Shown: positions 34,101 to 43,256 of the stretch, one piece after another
Layout of the letters: every line of letters begins with the position of its first letter
How positions within the stretch are numbered: position 1 is the first letter of the stretch
DNA from: Entomortierella parvispora E1425
Lineage: Eukaryota > Fungi > Mortierellomycota
Assembly: GCA_020891255.1 (NCBI GenBank)
Contig: BQFW01000007.1
Location: 1,984,001 to 2,048,000 of the forward strand
Length of the DNA stretch: 64,000 nt
Reading direction: 5' to 3'
Position numbers and translations under genes: made by a program
Notes under the pieces: generated by a model
Seen by the model: only the letters and a program-made list of their open reading frames with translations
What the model was told of the DNA's origin: nothing
Database searches by the model: none

Positions 34101-35805
34101 GACCAGCAAGGCGCACATCGGTTACCCCAAGGTTACGTTCACTGGACACGTTGTTGGAGCAGGAGGGATCGAAGTCATGGCTGAGAAGGTCGACAAAATC
34201 CTGAATTTCGAACCGTTGGATAGCAAGGAAGCCGTCCGATCGTTTCTAGGGCTGACAGGGTATTATCGACGATTCGTAGAGAACTACGCCATGGTCGCCG
34301 AGCCACTCACGAAATTGCTGCGGAAGACCGCCAAATTCGTGTGGGAAGCAACACAGCAGGCTGCCATGCGGGAGTTACAGAAGAGACTGACCGAAGCACC
34401 GTTACTGAAGCAGCCAGAGTTCGAGAAGGATTGGTTCGTATTCGTAGACGCTTGTGTTTACGCCATCGGAGGTGCGCTCGAACAGCGAGACGGAGATGGA
34501 CAGCTGCGACCTGTTTATTTCTACAGCAAGACCCTACAAGGAGCCGAGAGGAACTACGGTACATTCGAGCAAGAGTGTCTGGCCATTGTGTACTGCGTTA
34601 AGAAGTTCAGACCATACATTTTGGGCCGACAGACCACTGTGTATTCCGACCACGCTCCTCTGGCATGGTTATTCTCGAAAAGCGATCTGACTGGAAGACC
34701 CGCTCGATGGCAGATGATTCTATCCGAGTTTGATCTGGTTGTAAAGACGCGACCAGGGGCGAAGAACGGCAACGCAGACGGAATGAGTCGAGTCCGGGTG
34801 CGTCCCGGAAAAGATAGCGACGACATCGACGATGAAATCCCGGACCCTTTTTGTTTTCGAGTCGTTGTGGTGGAAGACAAGTGGGCCGTGAGTCCATGGT
34901 ACCGCAACACCTATACGTATCTGGCGACTGGTACACTCGTGTTAGAAGACGCTGCGGAAGCGAGAAGAGTGAAGCGCAACGCCTACCGCTATCGGATTGA
35001 TGACGCCGGACGGTTGTTGTATCGAGATGCAGACCATGTGGACAAGCAGCGTGCACTTGCGGACGATATCGACGACATTCTCGCCAGGGCTCATGATATC
35101 GGAGGGCACTACGGCGCTGAAGCGACGCTTGCAACCATTCGGACTAACACATGGTGGCCAACGATGAGGGCGGACGTATTCCATTGGGTCAAGTCGTGCA
35201 AACAGTGCCAGCGATTTGGAACGAGAGCGAAGAACAATGAGCTGCGACCGACTGAGGCTGAGTTTCCGTTCGAAGTGATTTTCATCGATTTGATCGAGGA
35301 ATTGCCTATCACTGATCGAGGGATGACGGCCGTTGTTGTAGTGGTGGACTCATTCACCAAGTGGGTTGAAGCATGGCCCATCAGAGATAAGACGGCTGGG
35401 AGTGTTACCACGATTTTGTTCCAGCGCATCCTTTGCAGATTTGGTATGCCTGTCGCGATCCGAACAGATGGTGGTCCAGCGTTCAGGACCGGGTTCAAAA
35501 CGATGTGTGAGATGTTTGACATCCAACACTTGGTTGGATCCACAAGACACCCGCAGAGTCAGGGGCAGGTGGAAGCGATGAATAAGCAGCTGGAAGAGAG
35601 GCTGAGACGCGCACTGATCCCAGGAGTACCGCAGAACCAGTGGGATCAATATTTGCCAAAGGCTGTGTCCGACATCAATAACCATGTTGTGGCCGCAACA
35701 GGAATGTCCCCGATGCAAGCGCTGATGGGATACATCGGGCAGTCGGCATTGAAACGACACCTGGCGCAACAATGGCAAGAGGCAGCTCCCATTGCTGAGC
35801 AGTTG
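31171..35805 (+). CDS. Outer Gag-Pol polyprotein, 5' part (single ORF; translation runs into the inner LTR to TAG at 35920-35922)
   Basis: Two CCHC knuckles (CPECNQMGHGRARC, CRNCGQLGHISYNC), protease IVDPGN, RT LPFGLKNAP and YMDD, RNase H VDAC/ECLAI/SDH/NADGMSR, integrase HHCC and D,D-E core (IDL, TDGG, VEAMN). Confidence 0.95.
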
Positions 35806-35916
35806 TGTAACAGGAATACGGTGACATCACGCGATGTGTACCTACAAAAGCTAGAAACTTGCAATATAATAAAACTCACTTCTTGTCTCCACTCCACCCT
35901 CGATACTCCTATTGCA
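35806..35916 (+). repeat. 5' LTR of the inner element (111 bp)
   Basis: Identical by eye to 40764-40874. Confidence 0.96.
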
Positions 35917-35947
35917 TGGTAGCAAAGGTTTTCGATCCACTGACCTC
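35917..35947 (+). promoter_or_regulatory. PBS of the inner element (tRNA-iMet) with extended complementarity to the T-arm
   Basis: The reverse complement of TGGTAGCAAAGGTTTTCGATCCACTGACCTC contains GAGGTC..GGATCGAAA..GCTACCA, the eukaryotic initiator-tRNA pattern. Confidence 0.8.
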
Positions 35948-36034
35948 ACTGACCCACTGACCCTCCGACACACTCACACCCTGGACCCCCTCGTATCCCT
36001 CTTCGATCAACTCTCCCTCGACAATTCACCCAAC

Positions 36035-36955
36035 ATGGACTCCGCGACACCGTCATTCAAATTCCCTCATCCAACACCGTTCAACGGCAAGCGCGACGGA
36101 TTCTCTGTTCTCGGTTTTCTGAAACGCATGACCTTTTTCTTCGATGGCGCTGGAATTGCCGAATCTCGCAAGGTCGGGGTTACCCTTGCCTTTGCCGGCG
36201 ATGAGGTTATCGGCTGGTGGGCACTCTTAAACAAGCCATCCGACACCTCATTCCCGGATTTCAGCGAGCTCCTTGCCGCCGAGTTCAGCCCTGCGAAGTT
36301 TAAGGAGCACATTCTCGCCCTCACAATGCAAATGAAAATGACACTGCCACTGAACATCTCCAACGTCATGGCCTATATTACCAAAGCCCGTGAATACCAC
36401 CTACTCCTCCAGTCTTACTACGCCGACAACGCAGTTCTCAACGATACTATCCGTACTGCCTTTCTCAGTGGTGCACCTACTCAGCTTCGCCAGATGCTGG
36501 AAGTGGCCATTGTTAATGCAGGCAACGACACCATAGATCTGCCCAGACTCTTTAAGGCCGCGGAGGAGTTCGGTCGTATCTTCCACACTGAAGACCCATC
36601 ACTCGGTGCCAAAGCACTGGCTGCCTCGGGATCCTCTGCTGGTATCACCGACCCCAACGCAATGGAAGTGGACAATATTCATATCCAACTCAACAATATC
36701 CACAAGCAACTCGGCACCCTTCACCGCTCCTTACAGAACCGCCCCACCAACGGTACTAACAACCCTTCTCGAGATCGCCCCGCACCCCTGACCGCCGCCG
36801 ACCGAGAGTACCTTGTACGTAACGGTGGCTGCTTCCGCTGCCGCGAATTGGGTCACATCAGTCCCAATTGCCCTAAGTACGGCAACGGCAGCCGAGGAAT
36901 TAATCAAGTAACCGCGGGTGAATCCCCTGATTCGGGAAAAGCCTCCGGCAACTAG
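36035..36955 (+). CDS. Inner element Gag
   Basis: ATG at 36035, PTPFNGKRDG, CCHC knuckle CFRCRELGHISPNC, ends SGKASGN-stop. Confidence 0.92.
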   Translation: MDSATPSFKFPHPTPFNGKRDGFSVLGFLKRMTFFFDGAGIAESRKVGVTLAFAGDEVIGWWALLNKPSDTSFPDFSELLAAEFSPAKFKEHILALTMQMKMTLPLNISNVMAYITKAREYHLLLQSYYADNAVLNDTIRTAFLSGAPTQLRQMLEVAIVNAGNDTIDLPRLFKAAEEFGRIFHTEDPSLGAKALAASGSSAGITDPNAMEVDNIHIQLNNIHKQLGTLHRSLQNRPTNGTNNPSRDRPAPLTAADREYLVRNGGCFRCRELGHISPNCPKYGNGSRGINQVTAGESPDSGKASGN

Positions 36956-36978
36956 GGTCGGTCCGGACCCCAGTTGTC
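36934..36978 (+). promoter_or_regulatory. -1 programmed ribosomal frameshift signal (G GGA AAA, 6-nt spacer, 13-bp hairpin)
   Basis: Heptamer at 36934-40 in the gag frame. Stem 36947-59 pairs with 36966-78. The -1 frame opens immediately after a TGA just upstream of the heptamer. Confidence 0.8.
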
Positions 36979-39900
36979 GAAACTGTAGCCAACAACCCTG
37001 AGCTAAGTACCTCAAATAAAACTTCACTTGATTCTACACCTCAGAAACATGACTCCAATCATGACAAGCGAACTCACATCCACGATGCTCTGGTTGTTCT
37101 ATCGGACCGAAACCAAAACCAAACCAAAAAACCTGTTGCCTCGCCCGCTCCAGTTGCCCTGTCCGCTCCTCTACCTAGATCCTCCGATACAGATGAACCG
37201 GACCCTCTCGCTGTACCGCCGGCACCTAGTGTACCTCTGTCCAAAAAGTCAGTTGAAGAAGTTGAAGCGTCGTGCGATTCGCCTACACGAATTCACTGTC
37301 CAAAAGGCAGAGAGCCAACTGCTCACTTTCATCGGTTCTGTCAATGGCCACGCTGCCAGAATCCTGATTGATGGTGGTGCAGAAGGTAATATTATCAGTT
37401 CGTCTTTTCAAAAGCGACACCAGCTCCTCCGCACTGAATGCTTGCCCATCCCCATCCTCCTCCCCAATGGCTCTTCCTCCCTCACATCACACACCGTCCC
37501 CATCACCCTCAACCGCAGCGACTACTCCGATTCGCTCAACCCTATTCTCTATCCTCTCAACAAGTACGACCTCATCCTTGGCAAACCCTGGCTCACCAAA
37601 GTTAACCCTTGCATCAATTGGCGCACCAATGATCTTCATTTCACTCACAATGGAATCGATGTCAAATGGAGCTGCCGCGGCTTCAAGGCCGATCACATCC
37701 AAAAGCCGCACCAAAGGACTCCTCCTCACACACATGCACTTTCATTCCATGGCAACCCTGCCCGGCTCGGAGGTGTTCCTGGCCCTTATTCGCAACACCC
37801 CAGAGCCCTCTGAAGAAACTGACCAACCGCGTACAATTCCCGATATGACCCCCAGAGGTGCGGTCCATTGTCATGGAAGAGTTCGCTGATGTCTTTCCGG
37901 AGAAACTCCCGGACGGCCTGCCCCCAGACCGTGGTGATGCTATGAAGATCGAGACCGACCCGACAGCCGACCCACCCTTCCGCCCTGTCATTAGACTTTC
38001 AATCGCCGAGCTTGACGAACTTCGCAAACAACTGGACCAATTGCTAGCAGCAGGTTTTATCAAACCCAGTACCTCTCCCTATGGCGCCCCCGTGCTCTTT
38101 GTGCGGAAGAAGGACGGCACACTCCGAATGTGCGTCGACTACCGTGGCCTCAACAAGATCACCAGGAAGAACAGACACCCGTTGCCCCGTATCGACGAGC
38201 TTCTTGACCGCTTCCGTGGAGCACGCTATTACTCCAAGTTGGACTTGTTATCCGGTTATCATCAGCAGCGTATCTTTGAACCACACACACACAAGACTGC
38301 CTTCCGTTGTCGCTATGGTCACTTTGAGTTCAATGTTGTTCCCTTTGGCCTTACTAACGCTCCTGCTTCGTTCTCCAATATGATGTTGCGAGTACTCGAT
38401 CCAGTCTTGGACAAATGGGTTGTCGTGTATCTCGACGATCTGTTGATCTACTCCAAGACAAAGAAAGAACACCTGCAGCATCTCCGAAGCGTCCTGGCTC
38501 TCCTCCGCAAGAACGGTCTGTACGCGAAATTGAGCAAGTGCTCCTTCATGCAAGACGAAACTGAATTTTTGGGCCACACCATCACGAAGGACGGGATCAA
38601 AACATCGGCCGGGCTCAGCAAAGCCATCAGTGACTGGCCCACCCCCAAGAGCACAAAGGACGTCCAGCAATTTTTGGGGCTTGCGCAATTTTATCAACAG
38701 TACGTATCGGGCTTTGCAGGGATTGCCCTCCCTCTCTCTTCCCTCCTCGCCAACAACACTCCCTTCAAATGGACCGACGAACAACAATCTGCATTCCTTC
38801 AGCTCAAACGCGCCATCTGCTCCGCCCCCGTCCTCCGCATCTTCGACCCTGATCTCTCACCTTTGTCGAAACAGATGCATCCGGTTTCGCCATCGGTGCA
38901 GTGCTGCTGCAGACTGACCGGGAAGGGAATACCCATCCCATCGCATTCACTTCCAGGAAAAATGCAGTCAGCTGAGCGGAACTACCCTGTCCATGAGCAG
39001 GAACTGTTGGCTGTCATCCATGCGCTCCGCACTTGGCGCTACTACCTCGATGGAACCAAGTTCAGCGTCCACACCGACCACGCCACCCTCCGCCACTTCC
39101 CCCACACAGCCCAAACTCACTCGTCGACAGGCTCGCTGGATGGAGTTGCTTCAGGAATACGACTTTGACTTCAAGTACAAGCGAGGAGTTGACAACATCG
39201 TCCCAGACGCTCTCTCCCGACGACCGGACTACCGCGAGCCTGACCCTGTTGAGCTATACAACCTCAGCGTCTCCCTGTCCCCGGACGTCCGTGACCAGCT
39301 TGTCCAGGACTACAACGACGATCCTCGACTTGGACCCATCTACAAGGATTGCCTGGATGGGAAGGTTGCCAATGGATATTCATTCCAGAACAACCTCCTC
39401 TACTTTACCCGACGTGGAGCAACCACCCTGGCCATCCCTCGGCACTCCCCGATCCGCCTCACTCTCTTGCACGACGCTCACGACTCTGCCACTGCTGGAC
39501 ACTTTGGTTTTCAAAAGACTTACGACAACCTGCGCCGTTTCGTATATTGGCCCCACATCGCCAAGGATACCCAGCAGTATGTAGCAACCTGCGAGAAGTG
39601 TCAAAGGAACAAGGACTCACAGGATCGACCAGCTGGACTCTTGCAACCGCTACCCATTCCTTCGCAACGTTGGGAGGTAGTCACCATGGACTTCATCGGC
39701 CCTCTTCCGCCCACAGCTAGAAATTTTGACGCCATCACAGTGTTTGTCGACAAGCTGACCAAGCAAGCTCACTTCGTCCCCAGTACTACCTCTGCCACAG
39801 CCGTCGACGTCGCCCACCAGTTTTTTGACAACATCTTTAAGCTGCATGGCACACCAACATCCATCATCTCGGACCGCGACACTCGATTCACTAGTAGATT

Positions 39901-40753
39901 CTGGCAAGAGTTGCACAGGCTAATGGATGTCAAACTTGCACTGTCAACCGCCTACCACCCACAGACGGATGGGCAGACAGAGGTTATGAACAAGACGCTG
40001 AAGACTATGTTGAGAGCGTTTATTGACAACAAGCAGTCTAACTGGGACCAGCTCCTTCCGTCACTGGAATTCGCCTATAACAACGCTGTCAATGCATCCA
40101 CGGGATACTCGCCGTTCTTCCTCAACTCTGGCCAGCACCCTCGTCTCCCCACCGCTCTCCTCGGTAAACCCAGCAGCTCAGTCCCCACTGTCGATACCTT
40201 CCTGACTGAGCAGGCGACCACCCTTGCCCTGGCCCAGGATGCTCTGCAGCGTGCTCAGGATCATCAGGAGCAACAGGCAAACAAGCGACGACGGGATCAC
40301 AAGTACAAGGTTGGCGATAAGGTCCTGCTGCGTGCCACCAATATCACCATCCCTGCCGACAGTATCAGACCAGCCGATAAACTTCGACCTCAATTCCTTG
40401 GCCCGTTCACACTTTTGGAGCAACACTCACCTGTCACCTTCCGCGTCGAGCTGCCACCATTCTACAAAATCCATGACGTCTTCCACGTTGATACCTTTCG
40501 ACCCTATTTGCCGTCCCCGGAGTCACTCGGCATTCGAGCTCCTGCCCCCGTGGATCCCACTGTAATTGACGGCGAAGAGGAGTATGAAGTGGACGAAATT
40601 TTAAAGTACCGCTTCTACCGCAGACAACACCAGTTCCTAGTGTCATTCAAAGGCTACGGCAGAGAAGCTGACGAATGGCTCCCAGTAAGCAACTTGGACA
40701 ACTGCATGGACTTGGTCACAACCTTCAAAGAGCAGCACGGTATCATTTTTTAA
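36934..40753 (+). pseudogene. Inner element Pol (PR-RT-RH-IN-chromodomain), broken as assembled by about six single-base indels
   Basis: LIDGGAEGN (PR), YLDD (RT), TDASGFAIG and ELLAVI (RH), HDSATAGH..CEKC, MDFI, SDRD, TEVMN (IN), GPF, and the chromodomain EYEVDEIL..FLVSFKGY..EWLP are spread over several frames. Confidence 0.9.
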
Positions 40754-40763
40754 AAGGGGAAGG

Positions 40764-40874
40764 TGTAACAGGAATACGGTGACATCACGCGATGTGTACC
40801 TACAAAAGCTAGAAACTTGCAATATAATAAAACTCACTTCTTGTCTCCACTCCACCCTCGATACTCCTATTGCA
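40764..40874 (+). repeat. 3' LTR of the inner element
   Basis: Preceded by the PPT at 40752-40763 and followed by TSD AGTTG. Confidence 0.96.
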
Positions 40875-40879
40875 AGTTG

Positions 40880-41242
40880 ACTGAAGAGCAAGAGGTGATG
40901 GCCCGATTTGTCTGTCAACGAGAAGGCATCCGAGAACACGCGTATCAGAACCGTCTCAAGGCTAACGAGCGGATGAAGAGGTACTACGACCTAAAGGTTC
41001 GACCTGTTTCCTTTGAGGTTGGAGAACAAGTATGGGTGTATAACCTATCTGTCATCTCGGGAATTGGCCGCAAGTTGACACCACGTTGGTTGGGGCCATT
41101 CGAGGTGGCATGGGTAGGCAAGAAAGGGTCCTACGGCGTGCGCACAGGAAGACAGCATTATGGTACTATTAATGGTGTTGAAAAATTGAATGGAGATATG
41201 TTAAAGAAGGTGGTGGAAAGAAGAGCGCCTTGGAAGATGTGA
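40880..41242 (+). CDS. Outer Gag-Pol 3' part (integrase C-terminus with GPY/F-like motif), separated by the nested insertion
   Basis: Removing the inner element plus one TSD copy restores ...AEQL-TEEQEVMARF...RWLGPFEV...WKM-stop in frame. Confidence 0.92.
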   Translation, partial: TEEQEVMARFVCQREGIREHAYQNRLKANERMKRYYDLKVRPVSFEVGEQVWVYNLSVISGIGRKLTPRWLGPFEVAWVGKKGSYGVRTGRQHYGTINGVEKLNGDMLKKVVERRAPWKM

Positions 41243-41276
41243 ACTGCCAGAGGCCGGGTTCACATCTCGGGGGGGG

Positions 41277-41584
41277 TGTTGATGGCCAGGTCGGTACGAT
41301 ACACCCTTAAGTAGAACCACTATATGTAGTTGCTCGCACGGCGTGGCCCTCTGCTCTTTATCCGTCTTATTCCACATTGATCGATACTGACAGAGGCCAG
41401 CACGGCGACACTTAGGTAGAGCAGCCCTCTCATTATTTATTATTATCAATACATGATCCGTCTTATTCCACATTGATCGATACTGACAGAGGCCAGCACG
41501 GCGACACTTAGTCTGATTCTCACTCGTCACCTAGGATTGCCATATCCCGCACAGCGCCCCTCAAGCCTGCCCCCGTACGCAACA
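41277..41584 (+). repeat. 3' LTR of the outer element
   Basis: Preceded by a G-run PPT (41269-41276) and followed by TSD ACAT. Confidence 0.97.
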
Positions 41585-41785
41585 ACATCAGCAAGAGCCC
41601 ATGCTGGTGCTAGCGGTCATGTGATATTTGACCATGGCATTGAAATGGTCTAAAATGAATGTCTGTGTGTCTGTGCTTTATTCAAACGGACAACTAAAAT
41701 TTTGTGTCCCCATCTCTTTCTTCTTTGTCAAACTCATCTCCACTCCCTTCCCTCTCCCATCTCCATAACCTTCAACTTCATCATC

Positions 41786-43091
41786 ATGAGCGGCCCCAGA
41801 AAGTACGGCATTGACAGAGGTAAAACACGAACCTACGCGCCATGGAGTCTGTCATGAGTCCTAGGTCATCCCGAGGTCGAACCTCACTCATCTATGGGGT
41901 CATCTCATCTCTTATTCTAACGAATGCATTCCAACGCTCCATCTACGACCCCTTTGTCTCCCTGTAGAAATTGCTGCCAAGCTCGCAGCAAAGTACGACG
42001 TTGGACGGGAGGTTCAGGTACTAGCAAATGTTGCAGGCGTGGACCTGGCATTCAGTGTCATACAATTCCCCAATCAGTACAAGGACTGACCCTGTCCCTG
42101 AACTTGTTACATATATTAGGCCCGTGAATGGATTGAAACCGTTGTGGGAGAGCCTTTCCCCTCGCCCGAGTTCCAGCCTTCATTGAAGGATGGAGTCATT
42201 CTTTGCAAGTAAGAGCTCTTCCATGAAACCCTTTCCCCCTTGTTTGGTCGCAATTGGGGAATCTCACTAACTGGGGCTCGTTGCCACTTTTTTTTACTTC
42301 ATAAGGTTGATGAACGTCTTGATTCCAGGATTCTTCAAGATTAAGGCCTCCAAGATGCCCTTTGTCCAGGTAAAGAAACCTCCCCTAGAAGGCACCTTGC
42401 TCACTTCTTTCCTTTTTATCTCCGACCTTTCGAAACGAAAAGAAGAAAAAACGCGTTATTATTACCCATGAAGCAAAAATGATCAATTTGAATCAAATTA
42501 GACCCATGAGCACTGTGGTTCCCTTTTAATTAACCTTGAGAAATCGGATAATTTTTATATATAGATGGAGAACATTGCAAAGTTCTTGCAAGGATGTGAA
42601 CAGCTTGGATGCCCCAAGCATGATCTTTTCCAGACCATTGATCTTTATGAAAACAAGAACCCTGGTCAGGTTGTGGATGCCATCTTTTCTCTTTCTCGCC
42701 ATGCTGCCAAGGCAGGCTGCGATATTCCTGTAGGGGCCTGCTCTGCTCATCCAAATTTGCACACCATTGTCTCTGGGTGTATGATCATCCTTCTAAACCG
42801 TTCTCGCGCTTTTTTCCTTCTCTTGGCTCAACGTAGATCTTGGGACCCAAGTTGGCGGACAAACACGTAAGTTATCAGGTGAATTAAAGCCATTACTCCA
42901 TGCCTATTTTTTCTGACCGAATGTCGCGATTATAGGAGGTCGAGTTCTCGGAAGAGGTCCTTAATGCAGGGAAGAACGTCATCAACACCTTCCAATACGG
43001 CTACAATGGCGGAGCAAATCAATCAGGAGTCAGAAACGGACGCCGTGACATTGGCGGTGTCGACCCAGGAAGAGGAGCCGTTGAGATCTAA
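41786..43091 (+). CDS. SCP1: Transgelin/calponin-like actin-binding protein (CH domain plus calponin repeat), multi-exon
   Basis: AREWIETVVGE, LKDGVILCKLMN, QMENIAKFL, DLFQTIDLYENKN, LGPKLADKH and FQYGYNGGANQSG. Confidence 0.92.
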
Positions 43092-43256
43092 AGCTCTCGA
43101 GTGGCGTTGAGCTGCAGTGGTCGTTTTCTTCCGCTGCTGCGATACAAAAAAAATACTGATTCTCTCTTTTTAAATATGATTAATACCCTGTACCAAGACA
43201 ACAGAAAATATAGTAGTAAAGATATACCGTTCAGAAATAGAAAGTGTGGTGGTGAC

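Larger units (their letters stand above)
35806..40874 (+). mobile_element. Inner Ty3/Gypsy chromovirus nested in the outer integrase
   Basis: Identical 111-bp LTRs (TGTAACA...TATTGCA), 5-bp TSD AGTTG (35801-05 and 40875-79), tRNA-iMet PBS, PPT AAAAGGGGAAGG, and a C-terminal chromodomain. Confidence 0.97.
30827..41584 (+). mobile_element. Outer Ty3/Gypsy LTR retrotransposon (non-chromoviral), interrupted by a nested element
   Basis: Identical 308-bp LTRs (TGTTG...CAACA), 4-bp TSD ACAT (30823-26 and 41585-88), PBS, PPT, and Gag-PR-RT-RH-IN domain order. Confidence 0.97.

Noticed and set aside
35801-40879. Rescue of the outer ORF by solo-LTR recombination of the inner element
   Set aside because: A solo LTR plus TSD would leave 116 extra nt, which is not a multiple of 3, so the frame would not be restored.
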